DNA of 64,000 nt. Origin: an uncultured Acidobacteriota bacterium (GTDB lineage Bacteria; Acidobacteriota; Vicinamibacteria; Vicinamibacterales; UBA8438). The stretch spans positions 96,001 to 160,000 of the forward strand of contig CAJWLU010000005.1 of the NCBI GenBank assembly GCA_913043225.1. Reading direction: 5' to 3'. Under the pieces are notes generated by a model. The model did not search any database and was not told the DNA's origin. It was given only the letters and a program-made list of their open reading frames with translations. Positions 42,280 to 53,005 of this stretch are shown here, piece after piece (the first letter of the stretch is position 1; every line of letters starts with the position of its first letter). The position numbers were made by a program, and so were the translations under genes.

Positions 42280-43491
42280 CTAACCAGCCCCGGGGTGCCC
42301 CCCCCGGGTCAGGAACGACAGGTCCGCCTGCGCCACCCCTTCCCGGTGGGTGGCGCGCGAAACTGCGTGCATCAACAGATATAGCCGCTCCATCTTCTGA
42401 ACGAAGCGGCCGATGTCGTATTCCGCACCGGTCGCTCGGGCTTCGCGACCCAGGGCGTCCCGAGCGGCCGGGTCGGCCAGCAGTGCCACGATGGCGTCGG
42501 CCAAGGCCCCGGCATCCCGGCGCGGCACGATGCGCGCGTCGCGGCCCGGCGTCAGGATGTCGAGCAGTCCATCACAGTCGGTGGCCAGGATCGGTCGTCC
42601 CATCGCCAGCGCCTCGAAGGCCGTCAACGGAGTCCCTTCCCAGAGCGAGGGAAAGACCACAAGATCGAAGGCCGAATAGGCTGCCGACACGTCTCGCATA
42701 AAGCCGACGAAGGTGACCCGGTCCGCCACGCCCAGCGCCGAAGCTTGCGCCTCGAGGTCTCCTTGGAGCTCGCCCTCCCCGACCACGTAGAATCGTGCCC
42801 GATGGTCGGCAGCCAGCACGCGAGGAATCGCCTCGATCAGATACTGATTACCCTTCGAAGGCATCAGACGGGTGACGGTCCCAACCGCCAGCGCATCGGC
42901 CGGGATGCCCAGCTCGGCGCGCGCCTCCCGGACGTCGGCCGCCGTTCGTTCCTGTCCGAACTCGTCGACCGGCGCCCCCAGGTAGACCACCTTCGTCAGC
43001 CCGGCCGGGACACGGCGGGCATCGATCACGAACTCAGCGGTCGAGCGGGACACGGCGATCGCCAGATCGGTAAACGGTAGCAGCAGCTCATCGGCAACCT
43101 GCTGGAACCAGGGAGTACTTGTCAGATTCGCGTGCTCGTGGAGCAACGTTGGGATCCGGCACCAGGCGGCCGCGAGCCTCCCGAAGGTGGTCGCGCCGTA
43201 GCCGTGCATGTGTAGGATGTCAGCCTGTTTGTCATCGAGTACACGAAGGAGCGCCGGCAGCGTCATCGGGTCGAACCGGCTCCGTCCGAGATAAGTGACG
43301 TCAATACCGTAGCGTTCGAGATTGTCGACCGATTCATCCTGCTGCCGAAGGCTAATCAACGACACCTTGAAGCGCTCGGCATCGAACCGCGGAATCATCC
43401 AAGCGAAGAGCCGCTTCACCCCGTGCATGCGGGAACCGGCCCACCCAAGGTGGTCGCAAATCTGAACGACGTTCAGCGGACGGACGCTCAC
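42280..43491 (-). CDS. Glycosyltransferase family 4
   Basis: HEH, RL..SKG, PSLWEGTP..AFEALA; GTG overlaps the upstream TGA. Confidence 0.9.
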   Translation of the reverse strand: MSVRPLNVVQICDHLGWAGSRMHGVKRLFAWMIPRFDAERFKVSLISLRQQDESVDNLERYGIDVTYLGRSRFDPMTLPALLRVLDDKQADILHMHGYGATTFGRLAAAWCRIPTLLHEHANLTSTPWFQQVADELLLPFTDLAIAVSRSTAEFVIDARRVPAGLTKVVYLGAPVDEFGQERTAADVREARAELGIPADALAVGTVTRLMPSKGNQYLIEAIPRVLAADHRARFYVVGEGELQGDLEAQASALGVADRVTFVGFMRDVSAAYSAFDLVVFPSLWEGTPLTAFEALAMGRPILATDCDGLLDILTPGRDARIVPRRDAGALADAIVALLADPAARDALGREARATGAEYDIGRFVQKMERLYLLMHAVSRATHREGVAQADLSFLTRGGHPGAG

Positions 43492-44471
43492 GGCAACAAC
43501 CCCTGTTCTCGATACCATGCCGCCGTCCGGCGAATGCCCTCGTCGAGATCCACTTTAGGCTCGAATCCCAGCTCACGTCTCGCCTTCGTGGCGTCGAAGG
43601 CACGGCTCTTGATGAAGAAGTCAACCCGACGCCGATAGAGCGGCGGCTCGAGGCGGAGCGGCACGCAGACAAGCTCGCAGAGTGCCCCAATCAACCAGAC
43701 CGGCCAAACGGGCACCCGGAACCGCGGCGGCGACGTACCAAGCTCTCGCGCAATCAGCTCGACCAGCTCCCACAAGGTGGTGTAGCGAACGCCGGCGAGC
43801 AGATACGTCTCCCCCGCGGCAGCCGGCACTGTCCCGCACAGCCGAAACCCCTCCACAAGATCCTCCACGAACGTGAGGTGATAGAACGCCCGTCCCGGCC
43901 CGATCATGATCGCGCCCTTGGCCAGCTTGAACAGCTTGAGAAACCGTGCGTCGCCAGGACCATAGATGCCGATCGGTCGCGCCACGACTACTTCCAGCTC
44001 TCCTCGCTCGCCCCGGGTACGCGCGAGCCGCTCGCCGTCCAGCTTGGTCTCCTGGTAGATGTCGCCCGGTGCCAGCGGTGCCGTCTCGTCAGCCGGAGGC
44101 TGCTCGATGTGGCCGTGAACCCCGCCCGTGCTGCAGTGAACGAAACGACTGGCGCCGGCATCGACCGCCGCGTTGAGCAGCCGCTCTGTGCCACCGACAT
44201 TGACGTCCCGATAAATCGTGGCGGCCTGCCCGGCTGTCCGATACGTCGCCGCGATGTGATAGACGACGTCGACGCCATGGCACGCTCGGCCCAGTGACGC
44301 CACGTCTGCGAGATCGCCCTCGACGACCTCGATTCCGGCCTCGGACAGCAGGCGCCCCCGCTCGCGGCTCTCGGGCCGGACGAGCGCCCGCACCCGGTCG
44401 CCCGAACGTGCAAGATGACGCGCCAGCCAATCACCGGTGAACCCCGTCGCCCCGGTGACGAGACTGGTCAC
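43488..44471 (-). CDS. NAD-dependent epimerase/dehydratase
   Basis: TGATGFTG, HCSTGGV, YQETK, RP.GIYGPGD. Confidence 0.9.
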   Translation of the reverse strand: MTSLVTGATGFTGDWLARHLARSGDRVRALVRPESRERGRLLSEAGIEVVEGDLADVASLGRACHGVDVVYHIAATYRTAGQAATIYRDVNVGGTERLLNAAVDAGASRFVHCSTGGVHGHIEQPPADETAPLAPGDIYQETKLDGERLARTRGERGELEVVVARPIGIYGPGDARFLKLFKLAKGAIMIGPGRAFYHLTFVEDLVEGFRLCGTVPAAAGETYLLAGVRYTTLWELVELIARELGTSPPRFRVPVWPVWLIGALCELVCVPLRLEPPLYRRRVDFFIKSRAFDATKARRELGFEPKVDLDEGIRRTAAWYREQGLLP

Positions 44472-45700
44472 AAGGTCGCCACGCCCCCGGCAGCATCCAG
44501 CGTCGTCACCGAAGGACCGTCGAGCGCATCCTGCCCGAGCAGCCGTCGATAGGCGTCCTGGGTACGCGCGACATAGGCCGCCCGGCTGTACTTGCGCTCC
44601 GCGAGGTCGGCGGCAGCGGCCGCCAGCGCGGTCCGGGCCGCTGGATCATCGATAAGCTGCCCCAATGCTTCCGCAAACGGGCCCGCTTCGGGCGGCACCA
44701 ACAGCGCCGTGCCCGATTCAAGCACCTGGGTGTGCGTGCGGAGATCAGTGGCCACGATGGGTCGTCCCGAGCGGAGATAAGAGTAGATCTTCAGTGGCGT
44801 GTTCGTACCGGCAATCCGCGGTGACGCAAGGATGTCGGCGGCCGCAACGAACGAGGGGATCTCGGTGGCCGGGCGTTGCCCGGTGAACACCACCGGCAGC
44901 CCCTCGCCAAGCCGAGCACGGGCCGCCTCTACCTGATCCGCCGAACCGCCAACGACCAGGACCCGAGCGGCCGGATGAGAACGGGCGAGATACCGGGCCG
45001 CCTCGAACAGGAGGTCCAAACCCTGATAGGCCTCGAACGTACCGGTGTAGAGCACGAGCGGCGCGTCGGCATCGATGCCCCACTCGTCGCGGACCGCCGG
45101 CCCCTCCTCCTGGCTCTCCATATCGCCGCCCATCACGTTCTCGATCAGCACGGCGCGGTCACCGGCCCCCAGATCGCTCACCGTATCCTGCAGTTCCTGA
45201 CAGATGGTGATCACCACCTGCGACCCTGCGATCATGGCGCGCTCCGAACGTGCAAAGACGCCCCGGATTAGGGCGGACCTGGAGTAGCTGAAGTTAGACA
45301 GCTGCTGCGGCAGGCTCGAATGCATGTCGTAGAGGTGCGGGATTCCCAGCCGACCTGCCAGCCACACTCCCAGGGCCCCGGCCTCCTCATGCGAGTGGAT
45401 TGCCGCATAGCGTCCGGGTTTGGCCAACCGGAACGCAGTCACCGCCAGCAGCCCATCCAGCAGCAGCTTCACCAGCGACGGGCCGATGCCCACCCGTTTG
45501 ACGAACGGGAGACGTGCGCTCCGGATGATGGTGAGCCCCGGCAGCTCGACGTCCTGGCCGATGGGATAGGTGACCAGGTCAATGCGATAGCCGAGCTCAA
45601 CCAGCGCCTTGATTCGGTGATATTCGCTAAATGGCGTGCCTCGAGGCTCGAAGAACGGCTCGGGAGCGAGCATCAAAATACGAGGGGGACTGCTCACCAT
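44468..45700 (-). CDS. Glycosyltransferase family 4
   Basis: PEPFFEPRGTP, YTGTFEAYQG, SPR..GTNTPLKIYSY. Confidence 0.88.
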   Translation of the reverse strand: MVSSPPRILMLAPEPFFEPRGTPFSEYHRIKALVELGYRIDLVTYPIGQDVELPGLTIIRSARLPFVKRVGIGPSLVKLLLDGLLAVTAFRLAKPGRYAAIHSHEEAGALGVWLAGRLGIPHLYDMHSSLPQQLSNFSYSRSALIRGVFARSERAMIAGSQVVITICQELQDTVSDLGAGDRAVLIENVMGGDMESQEEGPAVRDEWGIDADAPLVLYTGTFEAYQGLDLLFEAARYLARSHPAARVLVVGGSADQVEAARARLGEGLPVVFTGQRPATEIPSFVAAADILASPRIAGTNTPLKIYSYLRSGRPIVATDLRTHTQVLESGTALLVPPEAGPFAEALGQLIDDPAARTALAAAAADLAERKYSRAAYVARTQDAYRRLLGQDALDGPSVTTLDAAGGVATL

Positions 45701-46046
45701 CGTCGGCGGTGGCGCTCTGGTACAAGAACGGAGGCGCGCTCCCGGGCTGTGGATCAATCGCTCGGTGCCCGGCGAGACCCGGGATCAAGACCAGGCTGGA
45801 GGCGAATTATACCGGCCCTGCCCGTCACCGGTCAACGCGACCATCGCCGTTTATTACTGAAGGGACACAACTTACGGCCATTGGCCCATCGTGGGTGTCT
45901 GGCGGGATATCGCCCCGTCACGCCGGCGTCCCAGGCCGGCGTGGCGGCAGACCTGGCCTCGCACCGAGCTGACGCATCACAAAAGCGCCCCCTACACGAT
46001 CAAGGACTGCACAAAACGGCACAGACGACCGAAAAGAAGAAACGGC

Positions 46047-47591
46047 ATGCCATTCGACCTCCGTAGTATTGCCGCGCAACACCGCTCCGCATTGCTGTTG
46101 ACCGCTCTCGCCCTTACGGCCGCCTGCGAAACCGAGCGCAGCTCAAACCCGCTGAGCCCCAACATCGCCGGCCCCCTCCCTGGGGTGACGATCACCGCGC
46201 CGGGCACGGTCGGCCCAATCGACTCGATGCTCATTGCATCCGACACCCAGCCGGTGACGCTGACCTTCAGTCCGGCGATGTCGAACAGCGTGCGTCCGTT
46301 CACCTATGAGGTGCAGGTGGCCACCGACCCAGAATTCGGTCAGATCATCGTCTCGCTGACCGGCATCGAGCCGAACGAGTCGGGCCAGGTCGTCGTGCAG
46401 CTCCCGGAGTCGCTCGAAGCCGAACAGGCCTATTCCTGGCGCGTGCGGGCCGTCGATGGCGCCAACACCGGCCCCTACTCGACCGCAGGCACCTTCGAGA
46501 TCTTCACTCCGGTGACGATCGCGCCGCCGGTCATCTCCGGACCCACTGGAGGGGAGGAGGCCGAGTCGCATGTGGTCACGCTGGTAGCGGTCAACGCCGA
46601 GATCACCGGTCCGGCCAAAGAGATCCGTTATCGATTCGAGCTCGCCGGCGAGCCGACGTTCGCCAGTCCGTCGGCGATCATGACCGTGAATCAGGCCGGC
46701 GGTACAACCACGTCAGTGTCACCTGGCGCTCTACCGTACGCTGAGCAGTTCTATTGGCGGGTCCGGGTTTCTGCTCGCGCCAGAAACGGTGAGGTTGTCG
46801 GCGAGTGGAGCGCGACAGCAAGCTTCAGCACGCCGCCAGCGCCCGTAGCGATTACCCCGCCAACCCCAGTGGCGCCGATCAACAGCGCCACGGTCTCGAC
46901 GCAACCCACCCTGACGGTGGCCAACGGACCGATCTCCGGCAACCCGGGCATCGTCACCTATCAGTTCGAGGTCGACGACAGCTCGTCGTTCTCGAGTCCT
47001 GAAAGCTCCTTCTCGGTGACCCGGTCGGGGACCGGCACGACATCTGGCCTGGTCACGGTCTCGTTGACAGCGGGCCAGCAGTTCTACTGGCGTGTGCGGG
47101 GTACGAACGAAACCGTGACCAGTGCCTGGTCGCCGACCGCCACATTCCTGACCGAGACCAACTCTCCGCCCAGTCCGACCCCGGACGGCCCAGCCGCTCC
47201 GCCGGCGCCCGACCCTGGACCTGGTGGGATGCTGCCGCTCCCCAACATGTCAAGCGTCGTGCAGCAGGTGGCATACGAACACCCGGATGCCTTAGCGAAC
47301 TCGTGCCAGGAACAAGGGGGCTCTTGGGAGTTCATGGACCTCGTTGTCGCGCGGCTCCGCCAGACCGATGGCCGGTGGGGCTACAACTGCAAACGCGGCA
47401 ACTGCGGAGACGTCTCACAGGACGTGGTTGACTACCACTGGGGCAACGGCTCGGCCAGCGGCTCCACCGAGGTCTACATCATCGACATCATCGGCGGCCA
47501 CTGTGGCCCCAACCCCTCCCCTGAGTGGATCGACCAGACACAGGCGACGGCCGAGGCCGGCACCATTGGTCGCTGGATCTTCCCCAGATAG
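46047..47591 (+). CDS. Lipoprotein with ~3 Fn3/Ig-like repeats and a Cys-rich C-terminal domain (paralog 1)
   Basis: LTAAC lipobox; Y.FE...YWRVR repeats; C-domain shared with 48739-50019. Confidence 0.75.
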   Translation: MPFDLRSIAAQHRSALLLTALALTAACETERSSNPLSPNIAGPLPGVTITAPGTVGPIDSMLIASDTQPVTLTFSPAMSNSVRPFTYEVQVATDPEFGQIIVSLTGIEPNESGQVVVQLPESLEAEQAYSWRVRAVDGANTGPYSTAGTFEIFTPVTIAPPVISGPTGGEEAESHVVTLVAVNAEITGPAKEIRYRFELAGEPTFASPSAIMTVNQAGGTTTSVSPGALPYAEQFYWRVRVSARARNGEVVGEWSATASFSTPPAPVAITPPTPVAPINSATVSTQPTLTVANGPISGNPGIVTYQFEVDDSSSFSSPESSFSVTRSGTGTTSGLVTVSLTAGQQFYWRVRGTNETVTSAWSPTATFLTETNSPPSPTPDGPAAPPAPDPGPGGMLPLPNMSSVVQQVAYEHPDALANSCQEQGGSWEFMDLVVARLRQTDGRWGYNCKRGNCGDVSQDVVDYHWGNGSASGSTEVYIIDIIGGHCGPNPSPEWIDQTQATAEAGTIGRWIFPR

Positions 47592-47690
47592 ATTAATTTC
47601 AAGTCAAACATCCCCGACCCGGCGGCGCACACCAGGCGTCCGCCAGTCAGACGGGGGCTCCGGGATCTCCGCGAGGAACCGTACACAAGA

Positions 47691-47722
47691 ACGCCTCCGA
47701 GGTGCTCACACCTCGGAGGCGT
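47691..47722. terminator. 14-bp hairpin between convergent genes
   Basis: acgcctccgaggtg-ctca-cacctcggaggcgt. Confidence 0.7.
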
Positions 47723-47748
47723 CGGTACTCGAAGCAGTGGTCGGGCCG

Positions 47749-48519
47749 CTAGAACTTCACGCGGAGGCCGATACCGGACTGGACGCCACCCACATCGATT
47801 GACTGGTCACCACCGGCCGCCGGCAAGTCCACCGAGCCTGCGGTGTAGCGCAGGAAGATCCCGCCGCCGTACCGCTCGTTCACCCAGTACTGGATATCGG
47901 CCCCCACGTTGCCACCGACCGCTGTCCGCCGGATCGCGGCCGTGGTGGCCGACAAGTTGACCAACTCAAACGGCGCCCCGATCTCGACCGGCTGGACCTC
48001 AGCAATCAGGCTCTGGTCCACATTAAAGATCGACGGGCCGCCGCTGAGGGCGACTGTAATCTTCTCGGTGAGCGGCATCACCCAGACACCCTGCAGGTGA
48101 ATGCCAACCTCCTTGTAATCGCCACTCGTCACGTCCAGCACGCCGAGGCGCGGACGGTTGTAGAACAGCGGGTGAGGAACGCTTGACGAGATATTCGCGC
48201 CGTCCTTCGTATTGAACGAGGTGACCGCGATCCCTGCTGCTAGGTTTTTCCACACGCGGTACGCGCCACCGATCTCGAAACCGCCACCACCGCCACTCGC
48301 GTGACTAATCGTGGAGCTCGCCGTCTCGTCGAAGATCGTCGCAGTCAAGCTCTCGGTGAAGACCCGATCCTTCACCTGATACATATAGTTAACGCCGATA
48401 TACCCGGTCTCTTCCCATGGCGTCATCTGCGCCGCTGCCTTGGCAGGGGCTCCAATGATGCCCGCCATCACACCGAGCGCCACGGCGCCTCGAATCACCA
48501 CACGTCTGCCGATCTGCAT
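47749..48519 (-). CDS. Outer-membrane beta-barrel protein
   Basis: Signal peptide, amphipathic strands, terminal GLRVKF (BAM-type signal). Confidence 0.75.
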   Translation of the reverse strand: MQIGRRVVIRGAVALGVMAGIIGAPAKAAAQMTPWEETGYIGVNYMYQVKDRVFTESLTATIFDETASSTISHASGGGGGFEIGGAYRVWKNLAAGIAVTSFNTKDGANISSSVPHPLFYNRPRLGVLDVTSGDYKEVGIHLQGVWVMPLTEKITVALSGGPSIFNVDQSLIAEVQPVEIGAPFELVNLSATTAAIRRTAVGGNVGADIQYWVNERYGGGIFLRYTAGSVDLPAAGGDQSIDVGGVQSGIGLRVKF

Positions 48520-48738
48520 CTGAGTGTTTACCTCTGTTTCCGTCTCCTCCTCGTCGCAGGAGACGTGAGCGGCGACCTCCGCCCTCCGTCGAATTAGGAT
48601 CGTAGCACAGGGAACAGCCGTGCTGAGCCGACCCGCGCGCCGCCCCGGTTCTGCTATCATGCGGTGTTGCAAGCGCAACACTGCTAGGGCTCTGGGCCCT
48701 GGTGGTTCTCTGACTTCTCGCGGAGGAATTCGGCTCTC

Positions 48739-50019
48739 ATGGTGAAGACCCAAACAAAGCTCCTCGCCGCCGCGCTCACATGCGTACTCCTTACGGTCAG
48801 CTGTGGCGACGAGACAACCCCGACTGCTCCCAGTGCTACGTCCACAGTGGCACTGCCGGCCGAAGCGGCACAGGGCAGCCCTGTCGCCGGCGGCGTTATT
48901 GGCCTGCTCGACATCGACATCAACGCAGCGCTGCCATCAGGCACCATCTCGCTAAAAACCCCAGCGCCGGCTCTCTCGTCACCAGCCAATAATGCGACCA
49001 CCGACGATCTAACGCCGACGCTGACCATCAGTAACTCGACACCGACAAACATAAGCCCGTCGGAGGCACCGGCGTTCACCTACGAGTTCGAAGTATTTAG
49101 GGTTGACGGTGCGACCATGACGCGCGTGGCCCACGGAAACAACCGCCCCGCCGGCGGAGGCACCACCTCGTGGACTGTCAGCCCGAGCCTGGTGCAAACC
49201 ACGACCTACACGTGGCGGGCACGCGCGAAGATCGGGAACGAAACCGGACCATGGGCCCAGCCCTACACCTTCACGACCCCAACAATGATCACGATCGGGG
49301 TTCCGACGCTCAACGCGCCCGCCAACGGCGGCGAGGTCTCGACCTCCCGGCCAGACCTCGTGGTCAATAACCCGACGGTGTCGGCCAACGCCGGAACGAT
49401 CGAGATCCAGTATCAGATCGACGATGACGTCAATCTTTCGAGCCCCACGCTCATTAAGGTGGCGATGAACCAAAGCAGCGGGACCACCACAGGTAATTAC
49501 GCCGGCACGCTGATCCCAGGAACGACCTATGGCTGGCGTGTCCAAGCCACCAACGGTACCGTGTCTAGTGGTTGGTCGCCGATCTGGACCTTTACAGTGG
49601 TGGAGGGAAATCGCACAGCAGATCCGACGCCGGGTCAGGCGCTACCGCTGCCGGACGAGTACTCGGTCGTCCTAGCCCTGGCGGCAGAACGACCGGACTT
49701 ACTGGCGGATTCCTGCCAACCAGAGTATGGAGGTCCTTACGCGACTGGCACCTGGGAGTTCCTTGACATCTTGGTCGAGCGGCTCCGGGCGAAAGACACC
49801 CGCTGGGGCTATAACTGCAAACGTGGCAACTGTAACGACGTCTCACTCGACGTGGTCGACTACCACTGGGGCGCCGGCGAGAGTCAAAACAGCACGCAGG
49901 TGTACATCATCGACGTGATTGGCGGCCACTGTGGTCCGGACCCTGGGGCGGCCTGGATCGATCAGACCGACGCGACGTCCGACCACGGCGACATCGGTCG
50001 CTGGACATACCCGCGTTAG
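48739..50019 (+). CDS. Lipoprotein with ~2 Fn3/Ig-like repeats and a Cys-rich C-terminal domain (paralog 2)
   Basis: TVSC lipobox; GGAGG RBS; YTWRAR/YGWRVQ repeats; shared C-domain. Confidence 0.75.
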   Translation: MVKTQTKLLAAALTCVLLTVSCGDETTPTAPSATSTVALPAEAAQGSPVAGGVIGLLDIDINAALPSGTISLKTPAPALSSPANNATTDDLTPTLTISNSTPTNISPSEAPAFTYEFEVFRVDGATMTRVAHGNNRPAGGGTTSWTVSPSLVQTTTYTWRARAKIGNETGPWAQPYTFTTPTMITIGVPTLNAPANGGEVSTSRPDLVVNNPTVSANAGTIEIQYQIDDDVNLSSPTLIKVAMNQSSGTTTGNYAGTLIPGTTYGWRVQATNGTVSSGWSPIWTFTVVEGNRTADPTPGQALPLPDEYSVVLALAAERPDLLADSCQPEYGGPYATGTWEFLDILVERLRAKDTRWGYNCKRGNCNDVSLDVVDYHWGAGESQNSTQVYIIDVIGGHCGPDPGAAWIDQTDATSDHGDIGRWTYPR

Positions 50020-50070
50020 TCACCACAGACGCAGTGGCGGAGGGATCACCGCGATCTCTCCGCCCCTTTC

Positions 50071-50787
50071 ATGGCTGACACCTTCTACCGCTGGTTCTCC
50101 GAGCGGCGCCTCACCTCCTTTGGGAGCGCCCGTCGGGATCGTATCGAACGATCGCGCCTCGCCCTCCTCCAATCCGCCATCACGCCTCCGGGAGACATGC
50201 TGGAGATCGGTCCGGGCACCGGTTCGCTGGCGGCCGGGGCGATCGCTGCCGGCTGGTCCTATCGCGCCATCGAGGCCAGTGCGACCCTCGCCCGGGAACT
50301 GCGCGAGAAAGGCCTGGACGTCACCGAGGCGTGGGCACCCCCCATCGCGGCCGACGACGCCAGTTGCGACGTTGTGTACGCCGACCAGGTGCTCGAACAC
50401 ATGAGCGGCATCGATGCCGCGCGTGAGTTCGTCGCCGAGGCGCTCCGGGCCCTCCGCCCGAATGGCGTCTGCTTCATCGTCGTACCCGATTACCTGAAAG
50501 AGCGGACGTTCTTCTGGGACGTCGACTACACCCACAATTTCGTGACCACTGAGCGTCGGGTGCGGCAGTTGCTCTACGACGGGGGCTTCGAGGTCGAGCA
50601 GGTCGTCAGAAGCATTGGAGACGCGACCGGCCTCGCGCGTGACGCGCTGGCCGCAGGGGCCCTGCTCGTGAACATCCCTGGCGTCAACGCGCTCAGCCGC
50701 TACACCGGGACCGAAGATCTGCTCTTCCGGATTCGCAAGAACCTCTTCGAGACCCTTACCTTCGTGGCGCGGAAGCCCACCGTCTAG
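50071..50787 (+). CDS. Class I SAM-dependent methyltransferase
   Basis: LEIGPGTG, QVLEH, LRPNG. Confidence 0.85.
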   Translation: MADTFYRWFSERRLTSFGSARRDRIERSRLALLQSAITPPGDMLEIGPGTGSLAAGAIAAGWSYRAIEASATLARELREKGLDVTEAWAPPIAADDASCDVVYADQVLEHMSGIDAAREFVAEALRALRPNGVCFIVVPDYLKERTFFWDVDYTHNFVTTERRVRQLLYDGGFEVEQVVRSIGDATGLARDALAAGALLVNIPGVNALSRYTGTEDLLFRIRKNLFETLTFVARKPTV

Positions 50788-50804
50788 CTGCAGGCGATCC
50801 TTCC

Positions 50805-51728
50805 ATGTGGCGCTCGGTCTGGTTCCGCGGCGCCATCAGCCTCACCATCCTCGCGTATCTGGCGTCGCGCATCGACATGGGTGCGGCATTGGCCGCCCTC
50901 GTTCAGGTCAACCTCGGCTATCTGGCAGTCGTCCTCCTGCTCGTCGGTCTCGACCGGGCCGTAATGATCGCCCGCTGGCTGGTAGCGCTGCGAAGCAGCG
51001 GCAACGAGACGCCGCTCAAGTCCGTCGCCTGGATCTTCCTCGTCAGCTCGTTCATCGGGAGCGCCCTGCCGGCCAGCATCGGCGGCGACGCCGCACGCGC
51101 CTACACCCTGGCCCGCCGCACCGACGACGCAAGCGAGGCAGTGGCGTCGGTGGCCGTCGACCGGCTGTTCGGTATCCTCTCGCTGGCGATACTGACTGGC
51201 CTGGGCGCAACCGTCTGGCAAACGCCGGTCACCCTGCCGGTTAGCCTCATCCGGCTGGCCGCACTCCTCCTCATCGGCGCCGGCGCCTGCCTGTTGTGGT
51301 CGGATCTGTGGGCCCGCACGTTGGTACCGAAACGCTGGCACGCCACCCACCTTGGGCAGTCGCTGCTCGGGACAGCCGACGCCCTGGCCAGATATCGGCA
51401 ACGCGGTACCGCACTGCGGGGCGTACTCGCGCTGTCGGTACTCGTGCAGCTGCTCCGGATCTCGCAGGCCTACCTGCTCGGTCTCGGCTTGGGCCTAGAC
51501 GTCGCATTTGGCTACTACCTGCTGTTCATGCCAATCGGTCTGCTGATGCTGCTACTCCCGGTTTCGGTGGCCGGGTTTGGGCTGCCTCAAGGTGTCATCG
51601 TCTGGCTCCTGCGAGCCCAGGGTGTGGCCGACAGCCTGTCATTCGCACTCTCCACGCTGATCGTGCTGACCGGCCTGGCCGGCAACCTGCCAGGCGCCTG
51701 GCTTTACGCGCGCCGTAAAGAGCTATAA
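50805..51728 (+). CDS. LPG-synthase TM-region / UPF0104 flippase-like membrane protein
   Basis: RW, LP..IGGD..R, SV.VDR, LPVS.AG.G. Confidence 0.85.
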   Translation: MWRSVWFRGAISLTILAYLASRIDMGAALAALVQVNLGYLAVVLLLVGLDRAVMIARWLVALRSSGNETPLKSVAWIFLVSSFIGSALPASIGGDAARAYTLARRTDDASEAVASVAVDRLFGILSLAILTGLGATVWQTPVTLPVSLIRLAALLLIGAGACLLWSDLWARTLVPKRWHATHLGQSLLGTADALARYRQRGTALRGVLALSVLVQLLRISQAYLLGLGLGLDVAFGYYLLFMPIGLLMLLLPVSVAGFGLPQGVIVWLLRAQGVADSLSFALSTLIVLTGLAGNLPGAWLYARRKEL

Positions 51729-51740
51729 AATAGAGGTTTA

Positions 51741-52892
51741 ATGGCACAGGTTTACGCCGCCAAGTACCTCGCCCGCGCCGCCGCCTCCGCTCCCCGCGAC
51801 CTGGCCAACGCCGCGCTCGCGAAGTTCAAGGCCATTCACCCGACGGTCCTCATCTACCACTGCACGTTTGTCTGCGATGCGCGCTGCGAAATGTGCAGCA
51901 ACTGGAAACGAGGCGACCGGAAGAGCGACATGACGCTCGAGGAAATCGAGCGCGCCTTCAGTTCCCCGTTCTGGCGCTACATCGAGAACGCAAACGTGTC
52001 AGGCGGCGAACCAACAACCCGTAACGATCTGGTGGACATCTGTCGGATCATGCTCGACAAGCTGCCCCGCCTGCGGAAGTTCGGTCTGAATACGACCGGT
52101 CTGACCCCGCACCGCGCCATCCCGATGCTGACCGACATCGTGAAGATGTGCGCCGAGCAGGACATCATCTTCAGCTTCCGAGTCTCGATCGACGGCGTCG
52201 GTGAGATGCACAACGAGGTGCGTCAGGTGCAGCGCGGTTTCGACAAGGCCAACGAGACTATCCGCGCCATGCAGGCGCTCCAGAAGGATTACCCGTTCAA
52301 CTTCGGCATCTCGACCACGATCTTCGGTCAGAACCTCGACGACGCGGAGAACATCCTGAACTGGGCCCGCGGCGAGAACCTCGACATCGTGTTCAACATG
52401 GTGCGATTCACCGATTCGATGCTGGGCAACAGCGACCTAGCCGAGAGCTGCACGCCGGTCGGTGAAGAAGAGGAGCGGATGCGGCAGTTCTTCCTCGACC
52501 GGGTACGGATCGACCCGCTGCTCGACGGACAGAACTATATCTACATGCACTACGCCGACATGATCGCCAACGGGTATCACCGGCTAGCACCCTGCCCCTT
52601 CCAGACCCAGGGCATCATGCTGAACCCGGACGGCGGGCTGTTTTTCTGCGAGAACAGTGAGGTCGTCGGCAACGTAAGGGACACCGACCCGGGCGAGATC
52701 TACTTCAGCCCGGAGAGCCAGGCACACCGCGAGGCGATCAAGAACGAGCAGTGCCCCACCTGTCTCAGCCCGTGCCAGATGAACGTGGCCGCCATCAAGC
52801 AGGTGGTACCCTACGCCAAGTTCCTGGCCCGCGCCTCACGCGAGAAACGGAAGCATCAACGAGTCGCGGCGGCGCGGTCGGCGACGAGCTAG
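51741..52892 (+). CDS. Radical SAM protein with SPASM/twitch-like C-terminus
   Basis: CDARCEMC, SGGEP, SIDG, C-terminal CPF...C...CPTC..PC. Confidence 0.9.
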   Translation: MAQVYAAKYLARAAASAPRDLANAALAKFKAIHPTVLIYHCTFVCDARCEMCSNWKRGDRKSDMTLEEIERAFSSPFWRYIENANVSGGEPTTRNDLVDICRIMLDKLPRLRKFGLNTTGLTPHRAIPMLTDIVKMCAEQDIIFSFRVSIDGVGEMHNEVRQVQRGFDKANETIRAMQALQKDYPFNFGISTTIFGQNLDDAENILNWARGENLDIVFNMVRFTDSMLGNSDLAESCTPVGEEEERMRQFFLDRVRIDPLLDGQNYIYMHYADMIANGYHRLAPCPFQTQGIMLNPDGGLFFCENSEVVGNVRDTDPGEIYFSPESQAHREAIKNEQCPTCLSPCQMNVAAIKQVVPYAKFLARASREKRKHQRVAAARSATS

Positions 52893-53005
52893 AGTCGCAG
52901 GGAGTTCGGCGCCTCTCAGCCCCCGCCGCTCGGCTTTGCCTGAGCAGGCCAGGACAAGGCCGGCAAGTCGCTTCGCACGAGCAGCCATCACCCTGCTACC
53001 GGCGG

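Noticed and set aside
51741..52892. Radical SAM enzyme as a RiPP maturase or membrane-spanning lipid synthase
   Set aside because: No precursor peptide or RRE seen, no B12 domain, and a glycan-type context
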